Positions 1 through 14,000 of a DNA stretch of 64,000 nucleotides are shown here, piece by piece. The translations under genes were made by a program, and so were the position numbers. Position 1 is the first letter of the stretch. Every line of letters begins with the position of its first letter. Where the stretch lies: NCBI GenBank assembly GCA_002633005.1, contig NMRA01000208.1, positions 297,072 through 361,071 on the forward strand, written 5' to 3'. The notes beneath the pieces were generated by a model. It made no database searches, had not been told where the DNA came from, and saw only the letters and a list, made by a program, of their open reading frames with translations. This stretch comes from Phoronis australis. Lineage: Eukaryota > Animalia > Phoronida.

Positions 1-642
1 TTATAAATGGAAAATGTTTTCAAAATTACAATGCAAGGGTGATGAAATGTGACAGTGAACTCCACCAGAGTCCAACTATGAAACTCAAAATTCAACTAGA
101 AATTGTACGAGGCAAAAATAAAAAACTGTCATCACAAATATTTTGGTTTGTGATGATAAGTCACTACCTCACATTTATGCATGTATCTGAAAAAGGTATG
201 TGTGACGGGTAATTTTGTTTAGAGAGCCTGTCCACATGACCAGAAAGTCAAAACCCAGTAGAAACACTGGCAGTTCAGTAAGACTTATTTCTAGATGACA
301 GAGCCACCTTTGAGAGAAACACCAAAACAGGGATTGGTAAGCCCTTAAATGGTAATTAATCCACTAACTCATACAAACTGCCAAAACCAACTGATTTAGA
401 TCTCTACCTGTTATAAAATCGGCCACATTTTGCTCCTTACTAAGATTGGAAAGGATTTCTAGACTTTGGAAACAATTGAACTGTGAGGGAGCGTTCCCCT
501 GTGCCTAAGGGTCTGTCCAACACCTTCAAGACTGGACATACCATTGACTAGAGACCAGTCTCATTAAGTTGGTTGAGATGATGGGTTATTATTAGTCACC
601 AAGGAAAGATGGCCACCAGGAGAATTCCAGGTGATTTACTGT

Positions 643-737
643 GCCTTTACAACATGGTTCACTTTACAACGTGGCCCACTTTACAACGTGGCCCACTTTA
701 CAACGTGGCCCACTTTACAACGTGGCCCACTTTACAA
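643..737. repeat. 17-bp minisatellite (actttacaacgtggccc), about 5 copies
   Basis: Direct tandem copies next to the HERC2 donor at 751. Confidence 0.9.
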
Positions 738-751
738 GGTAGTTCACTCAC

Positions 752-3700
752 CTCATCCATCTTCTCAGTCCTTACTTTCCCGGTCTGAACTTGCTGCATT
801 CTGTGAATCAAGGGCACCAGTGGCGCACAGTTGAGACTAGCGTTCATACGATTGTCCACGTCATTACCACAGCTGTTCCATAAGTTCAACAACAATAATA
901 CCTACAAAACAAACAACTTTTTCACTTTCTTGTTTTCATGAGGAAATTCAAAAAAAATTACGGTCATTAACAGTAAGCACATGATGACAGTTTCACATGA
1001 CTTGTCAAGATCTCTTGAGTGGTTTGCTAAGGATTTAAATTTATTTCTCCAAAATCAGAATTTAATTTGACACGTAACATTTTCAAGTTGCAATTATGAT
1101 GGTACGCTGGAAATGAAACCCCATCAGAGGTCTAGAACCATTTGTGACATTGCCGATAGCAAACACAAAAACTTACAGTAAGTAACACCCCAACATGTGA
1201 TCACATACACCATATATACTTTATGTGCTCATGTTTTGTTCCATGATTACAAAACCATATGTTTGTAAACAAAAGTGAAAAACATGCAAGTATCAGAAGA
1301 ATCATAATCCGCAGAAATTTTTATTGAACATAAATAGGCCTTGGGAATTCAATTGCCAATACAACTCTACACTGATAAAAGCTCGGTGCATAGCTGCTGC
1401 TCTTGAAATATAAAGCACCAACTTTTAATTCACAAGGATCGTGGCTTTGAAATAAACTAACTTCTGCGTTGTACAGCATTTTCGTCAGCAAATTCCGATT
1501 CAGGATGAAAACCAAACCAATGCATGGATGAACATAGCAGGACAATACGATTCAGAATTACATTTACATTACATTTACAATTACATTTACCACCATCCTC
1601 AAAATTCAAATACTCTGAACAATAATAGTGAACATGGTGATGACTAAAACATCTTAAAATGACGATTTCAAAAGTCCAGCTATTATTATCCAACCTAAAC
1701 CAGGGGTTACCATAGCAAAAACTGCTGTTACATAAGAGCCGTTTTGTCATACGCAGCAGAAATGTGTACAACATTAGCAAGATTTTCTATTTTCAAATTA
1801 TCAAGTAACCACCTTCCAATATTTCATTGTTGGTACATTATCAGTTGAGCGAATTATTGACACTATACGACAACTCTCCAGTCCAGCCACTCACCAGGTC
1901 CAGTACATGTCTCAGGGTCCCCTGTTGTACCATCAGTTCTAACAACAGGCAAAGCGCAGTCTGGCGATCTTGAACAGGTATTTTGTTGGACTTGCCTTCT
2001 CTGCAGATCACAAGTAACAATTGCAGTTATAAGAATAAAAAAGATAAAAACACGCAAAACTCTTAATACTAGATTCTACAGTGTTGCAGATATGAACGGA
2101 ATACAGAGTATGCTGAGGCCACAATCAGAATACAGAATCGATCAGATGTCACAATGACACTCAAATTAATCATAGTTTCTTTGGGTATAAGGACTAGACA
2201 AGTTGAGGGGTGAGTTTATCACTATATAAGATGACTTCTTGCCAAAGTGTAATTCAGGATTACAGTCAATAACTAACAGACGACCAACATAATGTACACT
2301 CCTTGTAGTAGATGAAGTTGATAAACAGGAATTGCAAATGGCAAACACGCTGTTTATTCCAAGACCTGCTAGCTGCGATACCTAAAATGTGACACCCGTA
2401 ATTTTCGCTGGACCTGAAATACACTGACAGGCTTAAGAGACTGTATACACAAAATGGGGTGACACCACACACATTCATTGTTGAGATTCACTGCTAATCT
2501 TGTATCAAGAGGAATATATGATGTCACGTATTCATCATATGTTACAATCACAAACCCCTGACATGGGGAAGAAATAGTTATATTTAACAGTTGGAAACAA
2601 TATGCGTCCCGCGGACAGGTCACTACTCACCCAGTTACGACGGCTCTCAGGAACTTTTCTGCCCTCTCCACCACCTCGTACCAAACATTAGAGACGGCCT
2701 TCTCCTCAAATAAGCTGGCCTCGGGTAGTGACCTCAGGGCATCCAATGACTCGTGCAGTAGTTCTGAGCACAGGTCGGCATCCTCACCCGATCGCCACGC
2801 ACGACGCAAGAAGGCAAACGCAAAACTTAGAGCCGCACGGGAACCTACTCGAGCCAATCCCGTAGTGGCTTTCTCTACAGGCTTCACAGTACTAGAAAAG
2901 AAGGATAATGAGCTGAGTGCACTGAGATATCGTAGTTCTACCAAAACAATGCAGAAATTCAGAAATATTTTGACAAACGGAGGCAAAAATTACCTTGATG
3001 GAGGTAAAAATTACCAATTGATTTTAAATTACTACAATCAGAAAAATGAAAACCACACTCACTACATACCCAACTAATCTTTAAATCTGACGTGCTGTCA
3101 AACATTCCAGATTTTGTTCAAAAAATTGTTTCAACCTCATTACTTTACAGACATGCTTATAAATGTCTTCCCAGGCAAATTTAAGCTCCAATAATCTTTG
3201 AACAATAGACTAATTCTTTTCTAACAATTCATTTCAAAATTGCATACTCTGTTCACCAACCACCTTCACATGCATCTCTCTTCCAATACAAGATCACCAC
3301 AACGCTCCACTTCATCGCCAGATAAATAACTACACCACGATATTACCTTCTTTGCAAGGATAGGTTAGCTTCCATCGTCTGCTGCTTTCGCTGTGGTGCA
3401 CGTGGTTCCACAGGGTTGTGGCGCGTCATGGCAACAAAGTACCTCTCCAAGACGACCAGCCTCTGCTGCAGTCTGATAGTGGACAGGGTAGTGTTGACAG
3501 CGTCAGAGCCCAACAGTCTGTTCTCATACAGCAGCGAGTGTAGACACTCCTTCAACTGGTGTTTGTCTGGGAAAATTACAGTAAGGTAAGATGACTTTTT
3601 GTCTTATCACAGCAATAAACAATCATCATCTCTGTTATCTAGCTAAGTGGTGAACTCAAAAGTCAATAGGTAGCGCTAGTGTATCAAGTATCCTACCCAT

Positions 3701-6700
3701 TGAAATGTCTACATTCAGGTGACCATGATGGAACCCTATCCCAAGAACGATTCCTTGTTGATGAACTACTTTCAGCTCCCAACCCAAAGTTCTCCACAAA
3801 AGAAAATTCAAACTCAAATGGCACTACAAATTTCATGTACATGTTCAAAAGTGTATGTCCGTACTCTAAGGAGTTTGCGTGAGAAGTCATGGAATAAACG
3901 CATTGGACTGTTACCAAAAGTCCAAAACATCCCAACTTTCTTTAAATTAAAAAAATTACTAATCTGCCAATAATTGGTAAAATTCAATTTCAGTGCAGTG
4001 ATGTGTCAAAACAGGTTGTCGAGAACAGTGCAGTCTATTCATATGTTAAAAACAGGGGCCTCCGAAGTGAGTATTGACTTAAATATACCGAAAATTTGTA
4101 AATATTGTGCTAAGCAATACAATACAAGCCAACTGTGCTAAGCAATACAATACAAGCCAACTGTGCTAAGCAATACAATACAAACCAACAGCAAACAGGT
4201 AAAACAACATTTCCGCGTCACGACAGTCAGATTCGCTTGCATACTCTTTCAGGCTTAATTTCAGCAGAAAACGATGAGTCATGATGGCTGTAACCTCTCA
4301 TCACAACGTTCTCATGCTACCACAATGGTTTGTTACAGAGAGTAACCGAGCATGTCAACCTAATTTCCAATGAACACATGTACAGGCCACTAGGCAGTAT
4401 GACAGTAACTTGATTATCATAGGGGGTATTACACAAGTACTACAATATCTGATGCCACAGTGAAAGTTTTGTTTATAATTTTTGATCACTCAAAGTTTTG
4501 TGTTTTTTCATAGCTCATAGCAGACTTTATTTAACTAAAGTGTAAGTCCGACACCTGCGTACAACTCGGTCGTCACAAAATCATAATCAAACAAAACTGG
4601 TTTCTACTTGTCACATGCTGCATCTTTTAAAGATATCACGAGGTTTGTTTACCAATAAATTAGAGTTCAACTATAGGAACAGTGAATAGCTTTCACACTT
4701 GATTTAAATTACCCAGTTTTGCTTACACTCAACTGTCATAGGGTGGAATTCTAAGTGCGCTCAGCCATTATGACGAGGAATAACGGGTCATTTGACTGTT
4801 TTGTTTTAGATTGTACATAGATGAGAACTTGAATATCTTACGAACTTTCAGTTGGTTCCTGAATGCTTATATTTGTTAATAAATTAGGGGGGTACTTGAC
4901 CATGCATTATGTACTGAAAGAAATTAACTGAACCTATGCAACAGATTTCAAACATGCTTTCAAAATTGGAATGTCTTTGTCCAGAGAAGAGTTTTAGAGT
5001 GATTTGAGGAATGTCAGCAGCCTTATCGAAAAACAAAAGATCACTTTTGGAAATTATTTTTGTCTGAAATTGGTGGGATTTTACCAAACTCATTTACAAA
5101 AGGGCTCTGCTGCCACACTAACTGATGAGTTCAAATGACTAAACAAACACCCACGTCAAGTGCAGCTTTAAGAAAGTTACCAAAACTTACAGAAAACTCA
5201 GGAGAGTCGAAGGCATTTTCTTTTGAGATTTAATTGCCAAGTCATTGTCAACACCCAAGGCCTGGACACACACACACGTCAGTGGACTGTTTACATACAC
5301 TGGAATCTATCAGTGTTCATGATACTACACTGCCTTCATACATGGCAATATGAACCAGAGTCACTGTATATACCTTGCATGTGTAGCCTGTGTGACCTGG
5401 ATTTCTGACTAGTTTTCCACAATGTACGAGTGAAGCTCAAAGCGAAGGGTTATAACTGTACATGTCTACTATATTTTTATATTTTGCATTGGAATCACTG
5501 CTGGGTTCTGCTCACCAGGTTGTGTGCCCCATGTCCAGGAATCAATCAACTGTTTTGATGGCCTGGGTACCTTCCCTTCCAGCTTGATTCTCTCCGCTTC
5601 TTCCTTATCCAGTTTCTGGCATGGCGGACAGTTACATCCATTGTTAGGGCCACAGTTACCATCACAACAGCTGCAGGACAACACCCTCATGCCACAGTAG
5701 TATCGGCCAGTCTCACCTAGCAATAAAGAAATGGTAGAGAAATGTTATCTTTACGGTACAGTCAAGAGTAAAAAGAATAAAGCGATTGAAATATGACAAT
5801 CAAGTAAAAGACAATTTTCCACTAAATAATTATACAATTATAGTAAATATAAATAGTAGATATTTGCGTTGGAAATGGGTCTATTTCAAAGTTTTAAATT
5901 ATACTTTAGTAACAACTATTATACCACTACTATATGTAATGTATCTCCGACATTAAACACTTGACTTGTAACAAGCCTCAAAAACAATTTAGTAAAATTT
6001 TGTAAAATGAAAAATTTGTAAGGATTATACATTATTTATGACCAAACACCAAACAGGAAAAGAGGCAATGATCTTCAACAGATGCTGTTGGTGAGCTCAC
6101 ACAACACAAGCAAATAGTCAACTAGTGCCATCTTTTGCATTACACAAGTTGTAAGCCTTTGGTGACTGCTACTTAAATGAATTATTCAACTTGAAACCTT
6201 TATTCATGTTTCATGAGCACTCAACACATTTTGTTGAATAATGTCCCTTATCTCCAATTGGTCAAGTCCAGTCACATGATCTCACCCTTTTTGGCCAGGA
6301 CACCAGCTGAGTTGTACATGCCATCATTGGAGTTTGTTGCCACCTCTCCATCTTTCACTAACTCATTCCAAAGATGACTCAGACCATCGTTGGTGAACGC
6401 CACCTGTCAGCAGTCAAAGACATTAAAACATTATTACCGATGAAAGGACTTATAGATTCATCTATGATAGTGATTAACATTAAAAACAAAGAATATGCTA
6501 AATCAGAAACCATGCAGAAATCTATGCTTAGCATAACATCAAGTCGCCAAATGCGATCAGGCAAAGTCCCAAGTTGCCACACTTGAAGTGAGGTCGCCAA
6601 AACAGAGACACCTAGTGTTGGGAGTTGCAAAAGTCCTGACTTCTACTAATGACGCATAGTTGGAAAGAGCAAGAATGAAATTAACTCCATAAATGAATTG

Positions 6701-7173
6701 AAAATTAAACTGAAGAAACGAGAGCATGTCTAGCTGGGTGACGATATTTTTAGACCAATGGAAAATTAAGTTACCAAACGACTTCTGCATTACTTAAAAC
6801 TGTTAGGAACAAATGTCTTAATCAGATTTTAATGTGATATCAGGGATTGTGAAAAACTAATAGCTGACATCATTAATGGTAGTCTGGCCCTGTAATGCGA
6901 ATGCTCAACCAATTTACTTCTTGATTGATAAAATAATGCAAACTAAACAATGTATAAGGAAACAATTATCTTTCAAACGTTCTTCAGGCTTTCTAGTTTC
7001 AGAAAATAAATATTTGGATAAATACACAAACTTGACAATAAGGTCCAATGTAACCTTAAAAGAATTCAAAGCAAAAAAGGATCTGTTAATTCACTTACCT
7101 GCAGATCTGTTTTTAGCCACTTGGCATCAAACCTGACCTGGGTCCTCAGCTTAAACTCTACAGCACGATTCAT
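752..7173 (-). CDS. HERC2: E3 ubiquitin-protein ligase HERC2, N-terminal coding exons (gene continues beyond left edge)
   Basis: Exons (minus): 7099-7173 [25 protein letters not shown]; 6286-6403 [21 protein letters not shown]...; 5516-5716 Cys-rich ...DSWTWGTQP; 3347-3566 ...[16 protein letters not shown]...; 2631-2891 ...[36 protein letters not shown]...; 1895-2000 [23 protein letters not shown]; 752-901 [10 protein letters not shown]...APLVPL. All introns are GT-AG with consistent phases (0,1,1,2,2,0). The peptides match the HERC2 N-terminus as I recall it ([37 protein letters not shown]). Confidence 0.95.
4106..4190. repeat. 28-bp tandem repeat, 3 copies
   Basis: Unit tgtgctaagcaatacaatacaagccaac. 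Confidence 0.9.
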
Positions 7174-8042
7174 GGCTCAGACTGAAAAGCATGAGATAAC
7201 GAAGGTACATTCAGTAGCATAATTACTCAAAAGAGAAATTACCTATTTTACAATTGATCAGTCAGTTGAGACATTGACTGCATCATTAAGAGGATGACGC
7301 TCTCAAAACCACTGACTAGGTCATAAATATTACATGTAGTTGAGACAGAAAAGTCGAGAAAAGATTACTGGCTAAGCCACAAATATTACATGTAGTTGAG
7401 ATAGACAGGATCCACTAGTGAAGAGCAGTTTTTTTAAAGAGACTAACCTCATATTCAAGCACATAAAAATTTCAATATTGCAAAAAATTCCCTCAATTAT
7501 CAACTTAACTACTACTAGCACACTCGGTAGTCTCGGTGATAACAGCTGAAGAAAACGATTAAAATCGTACTGAATTTAAGTCCAAACCTGGATGCGATGA
7601 CAACTATTATAATTATAAAAAGGAAGTACAGTCAAGCAAGTACCACATCATGCGTTACAAGAAAGCAATCCAGTCGTGACGCTCGTGACTCTGAGCAACA
7701 CGAAATGAACAATAATAACAATTACAGTCACACTGAATTGACTATTTTTACATGTTCATTGCCGATAAAACCGGCATTGAAAACCATATTTGGTAAGAAG
7801 AAAATGTAGTTAACCAAGGAAAATCATACCTTATTCGACGAATAAAACCATGTCTTAAAAGATCGCTCGTTTCTCCATAAAAGAGATGTCTCTGTGATGC
7901 ATCCAACTTGATTAACTGAGTGCCAGAAAATATGTTCAACCCAGAGAAAATGGTGGGTTGCAATGAAACGCTACCTGACGGGAAAACAATAAATTGCCTT
8001 TATGCCAGCCAAAAGAGGGCAGCACACGTAATAAACACAAGA
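7174..8042. promoter_or_regulatory. Putative bidirectional promoter and 5' UTR region shared by HERC2 and the SH3 gene
   Basis: Start codons diverge (7173 minus, 8043 plus). A minus-strand acceptor lies 8 nt upstream of the HERC2 ATG (tttcag|TCTGAGCC ATG) and a candidate minus donor (AAG|gtatga) at about 7829, implying a non-coding first exon close to the SH3 gene start. No TSS data. Confidence 0.6.
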
Positions 8043-11000
8043 ATGGAGGGAGGAAGTGAACATCCTCCTCCTCCTCTTCCAAAACGTTCAGCTTTGACAA
8101 ATCTTTCAGGTAGGTGTTTCAAATAGTGCTGATGAGCCCAATGCTGCTCTTTACACATGAAGCCATTAAATGAAAAACAATCAAAGAGTATTCGTTATTC
8201 TATTGGCTACTGCATGTCACAGACAGTGCCAGTCAGACAGTGCCGTGGTCGTCAATCACTGTCAATCAATGCATTGGCTTTGCTACGCCTACGGCTATGT
8301 CATTGGCAGACATCGGTGTATTGCTACACCAGTGTTGTAGATGTGCTTCCGGTGAATCATATGAGCCTCTGTTAGCTACTCGCTATGAGCTGAATGGTTA
8401 GCACACTCGCCGGTTTTATGGGGGGGTCATTGGTTCGATTCCTGGGTTGGGTAATCTCGGCTATTACTTTGTATTACTACACCAGTACAGTCAGTGTCCT
8501 ACTTCCGAGCCGTTTTAATTCAGGCACGTTGCAGACACTTTCCTTAATTTTTAATAACTTTTGAAAGAGTCTCACCAGTCATCATGATTTAGTGTTCTTC
8601 TTAAAGTCTGGTGTGTTAATTGGACCTTGAACGGTAATACCTTAAATTTAATTCCTGAAGTATGTTAAGAGCATCGCTTTCAGCCCACCTGTGCCATAAG
8701 TTTTCTAGTGTAATAACGTGTTAGGCTTATTGGCTTGCCTTTGTCTACGTCACCGCGACAATCACCTTTTAATTCAAACAGCTGCGAACAACACCTGCAC
8801 AAAATAGTGTACTATTCAGACCATGATCTGACCTATATTCAATACAACTGTTATCCGACAGCTTTTGTTATTTGTGGTGGGATTTGGGAGTGACGCAATA
8901 TGGCAACTTCACCAGGTAGTCCTGATTAGACCAACACATCTGAAATAAGAAAGTTCTGTTGAAGTTGGCTTTAATTTGTATATCTTTGCACCAATATTGA
9001 AAGTTGTTGTATATGAGCTGGCCCCCCATATGCCAGAAGCTAAAATTGAGCAAATTATGCCTCACACTGATTAAATGAGATCGAAGACTTGTCGCTAAAA
9101 GTACCTTCATTACAGTAGGCAGCTTGTGTGCATACTACATACACACAAGTGAACGAGGACTATGTGCATCTTTCACCCCAAAGTCTCCAGCGAAGTCTCG
9201 GCACATCAAAAGCTTGGTGACGCCATCACAAGTTACTGGTAGACGTCATTCATAGGCTTGGCTGAATGTGTACTGGATGAGATAATTACTGTTGTAGCTA
9301 CAGCGCCTGTTAGGCATGAGAGTTTCAAAGTCAAAAATGAACAATAAGTAACTAAAGGCAAATGATCAATATGGCTATTTCTAAATTGAAAAGTAAATGT
9401 AAGCCAGCTTCAAATATTTTTAAAATCAGTGCATTATTAGAGAAATTAGCACGGGAATACATTTTGGTTTTCTTCAGCATTCTATCCCCTGCTGTGAGCA
9501 GTCTAAAAATGGCCAGTTGCTGATTTGGGCAACTGAATGAAGCACTAGTTAAAAAAAAAGTTTCATTTGCGGGAGTATTAGTTTGAGCTGGAAAGAATTA
9601 AAGATATTAACATCCTCCTAAGAAGCCCCTCTATGGTACTTATAACAACGAGACTTGGATGGTTAAATCAGTGTTATGTATTATTCACCTAAAAGCTTCC
9701 GGCGTATGGAGGGCTTGTGGAATGGCCAGCGTCTTTACTGAGGCCAGTTGAGACAGTGGTACAGTCTAATGAACTGGTTGATATCTGTATCGCCAAATGA
9801 ATTTTGGAAGAGTTTCTACCTAACCTAGTTAACAAGGAAACCATGAAGTGAAGTTAATTTTTTTATCAAAACAAAAATGTTTTGTAGTGAATTTGCTTGT
9901 CATTGAGAAGATTTTTTGCAATCTTTTTTACTACGAAACAATTTGTAAATTATTTTGTAGTAAAGAAACTTCAAGTTAACAAAAATAAATAGAAAACTCT
10001 TGAAAGAGTTAACATTAAGTAAAAGTAAATAACAAAGATCACCTGATTATGACAGAATAGAAATGCAAAGAATAGTTATGAATTTGTAAAAATATTAATC
10101 TTTGAAAAGATGGGAAAATAATAGGGTTTAACATAGAGGTATGACAAGGTGTCAAAAGTGGGGGGGAGGTTGCGGGTGAGTAAAACAGAAGAGTGTTTGC
10201 ACAGGCGATATTATACTGCTTTAAAAGTAATATTTTGTCTGTATGCCTTCGACGTTCACAGGAAATATGTTGCTTAGCAGTCGTCATGCTTTTTTGCGAG
10301 GAGGCCATTTCCCATCTTTTGTCATTTGCCATCAATGCAAGAACATAGTAAGACTCAGTTTCATGTTCCACAGTATTGTGTGAAGTTATCTTAGCTGTAG
10401 AGAAGTCTGCTATTACCAAGATTCCATAGGGATATCTTCAGTGTGGGGTCAAGCATTCAAACTATTTAGCCAAGATGAAATTGCCCATTGGCAAGCAATT
10501 TGGTGAGGCTTTATCTGAATCTGTCACACCTGGAACCAGAAATTCACAGCGCAGCAGTGCCATCTGGCGGTGTACTTTTGTTGCCTTCAGATAAAATGTT
10601 TACGGTACCGTAAGTATACTGTCTGTTGCAGATGGTGATGGGAACAGACCTGTCCCTGTTAGGAGGGCGCCCCCAGCCCCAGGTAGACCCCCACCCCCAG
10701 CCAGACCTACAAGCATGCCACCAAAGCCAGGTGTGTAGAATAGCAGGTGTGCTCAATCAATGTTGGAAGTGTCATCCTAAGACCATCAATAAATATTTCA
10801 CGAAAGCTCACAGTCTGTTTGTCACAGTATCATTTCGTTGGCAAACTTAATTACAGTAACTATACTTTAGACTTTGACCTTTGTGGAATTTATCGTAAAA
10901 TTTTCTACTTGCGAATTTTTCCTTTTCTTGTTTTCAGTAACTACAGAAGTTGCTTGATTGAAAATGAAAATCATTGAATGTAATCATTTTTAATTAATAT

Positions 11001-14000
11001 GTTGTTTTTATAAAAAGCACACCTGTTATTTGTTTGCCGGTAGATGTTAGTGAACGTTCTAGAATTACTTTATATACAACGAGCAGTTTTAGCAAAATGC
11101 ACACCATACCTTTGAATTGTAGCACAGATTGAATGGTAGCTTTTGCATGGAAGAAGCAATGCTTTTATTGTGGACACAAAGATTTTAACTGCTTTTACTT
11201 TATGTTTCTTGTAGGCGTAATGACGTGGATTTTAGATCCTAGACAGTTGTATTATAGGAATAAACAAAANTAAAATTGAGCAAATTATGCCTCACACTGA
11301 TTAAATGATCGAAGACTTGTCGCTAAAAGTACCTTCATTATAGTAGGCAGCTTGTATGCATACTACATACACACAAGTGAATGAGGACTATGTGCATCTT
11401 TCACCCCAAAGTCTCCAGCGAAGTTCTCGGCACATCAAAAGCTTGGTGACGCCATCACAAGTTACTGGTAGACGTCATTCATAGGCTTGGCCGAATGTGT
11501 ATTGGATGAGATAATTACTGTTGTGACTACACCGCCTGTTAAGCATGAGAGTTTCAAAGTCAAAAATGAACAATAAGTAAATAAAAGCAAATGTTCAATA
11601 TGGCTATTTATAAATTGAAAAGTAAATGTAAGCCATCTTGGAATATTTTTAAAATCAGTGCATTATTAGAGAAATTAGCACTGGAATACATGTATAGGTT
11701 TTCTTCAGCATCATATCCCCTGCTGTGAGCAGTTTAAAAATGGCCAGTTGCTGATTTGGGCAACTGAATGAAGGACTAATTACGGGAGTATTTGTTTGAG
11801 CTGGTAAGAATTAAAGATATTAACGGCCTCCTAAGATGCCCCTTTATGTGCAAAAGATACTTATAACAACAAGACTTGGATAGTTAAATCAGTGCACCTA
11901 AAAGCTTCCGGCATATGGTGGGCTTGTGGGATGGCCAGCGTCTTGACTGGGGCCAGTTGAGATGGTAGTACAGTCTAATTAACTCGTTGATATTTGTATC
12001 GCCACATGAATTTTGGAAGAGTTTCTGCTTAACCTAGTTAAGTGACCTAGATAAACCATGAAGTGAAGTTAATTTTTTATTAAAACAAAAATGTTTTGTA
12101 TTGAATTTAGTTGTCATCGAGAAGATTTTTTACACTCTTTTTTACTACAAAACAATATGTAAATTGTTTTGTAGTAAAGAAACTCTTATAATTTAACAAA
12201 AATAAATAAAAAACTCTTGAAAGAGTTAACACTAAGTAAAAGTAAATAACAAAGATCATCTGATTATGACAGAATAAGTGTGCAAAGAATAGTGATCAAT
12301 ATGTAAAAATATTAATCTTTGAAAAGATGGGAAAATAAAAAAGTTTAACATAGAAGTATGACAAGGTGCCAAAAATGAGGGGAGGTTACGGGTGAGTAAA
12401 ACTGATGAGTGTTTGCACAGGCAATATACTGCTTTAGAAGTTATATTTTGTCTGTACTCCTTCGACATTCACAGGAAATGTATTGCTTAGCAGTCGTCAT
12501 GCTTTTTTGCAAGGAGGCTATTTCCCATCTTTTGTCATTTGCCATCAATGCAAGAACATAGTAAGACTCAGTTTCATGTTCCACAGTATTGTGTGGAGTT
12601 ATCTTAGCTGTAGAGAAGTCTGATATTACCAAGATAGCTGTAGAGAAGTCTGATATTACCAAGATAGCTGTAGAGAAGTCTGATATTACCAAGATAGCTG
12701 TAGAGAAGTCTGATATTACCAAGATTCCATAGGGATATCTTAAGTGTGGGGTCAAGCATTCAAACTATTTAGCCAAGATGAAATTGCCCATTGGCAAGCG
12801 ATTTAGCAAGGCTTTATTTGAATCTGTCACACCTGGAACCAGAAATTCACAGCGCAGCAGTGCCATCTGGTGGCATACTTTTGTTGCCTTCAGATAAAAT
12901 GTTTACGGTACCGTAAGTATACTGTCTGTTGCAGATGGTGATGGGAACAGACCTGTCCCTGTTAGGAGGGCGCCCCCAGCCCCAGGTAGACCCCCACCCC
13001 CAGCCAGACCTACAAGCATGCCACCAAAGCCAGGTGTGTAGAATAGCAGGTGTGCTCAATCAATGTTGGAAGTGTCATCCTAAGACCATCAAATATTTTA
13101 CGAAAGCTCACAGTCTGTTTGGCGCAGTATCATTTCGTTGGCAAACTTAATTACAGTAATTATACTTTAGACTTTGACCTTTGTGGAATTTATCGTAAAA
13201 TTTTCTACTTGCGAATTTTTCCTTTTCTTGTTTTCAGTAACTACAGAAGTTGCTTGATTGAAAATGAAAATCATTGAATGTAATCATTTTTAATTAATAT
13301 GTTGTTTTTATAAAAAGCACACCTGTTATTTGTTTGCCGGTAGATGTAAGTGAACGTTCTAGAATTTCTTAATATATAACGAGTAGTTTTAGCAAAATGC
13401 ACGCCATACCTTTGAATTGTAGCACAGATTGAATGGTAGCTTTTGCATGGAAGAAGCAATGCTTTTATTGTGGACACAAAGATTTTAACTGCTTTTACTT
13501 TATGTTTCTTGTAGGCGTAATGACTTGGAATTTAGATCCTAGACAGTTGTATTATAGGAATAAACAAAATGTACATAGTCATATGACTTGACTTTTTTGA
13601 CATGTTCATTACCTGGCTGACTGCCTCAGTAACAGCATTGACTTGGATTCATTATCTGCATGTTTTAGTGAAATAGAAAACTATGTCGTGTATGCATTCA
13701 ATGCTTGTTCTCTTGTTGTGTGTCGCCTGCACGGAAACGCTAACATTGTTAAGACAATAGACTTTTTGTTTGTAATTCAAAAATCTCCCTGATATTGCAG
13801 AATTTCTTTCTAGAATTATCTTTCAAGTGCAGTAGACAGTTGTCAATCTAGAATTTTCACCTTTTTAACTTAAAATCAGTACAAAAGACCATAGCAGCTA
13901 GCGTTTCACCTGTGAAAAAGTTAACTTCAGAAACTAGTCATGAAACTTTAAAAAGTAGAGATTGGTTCAGATTTGATACAAAAGAGGTCGTGACCAGATA

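Noticed and set aside
8380-8455. Functional tRNA genes (also near 17005-17078, 31704-31785, 50470-50530, 56415-56490)
   Set aside because: A/B boxes are present but acceptor and anticodon stems are incomplete, and most are embedded in repeated flanks. They are SINE-like heads.
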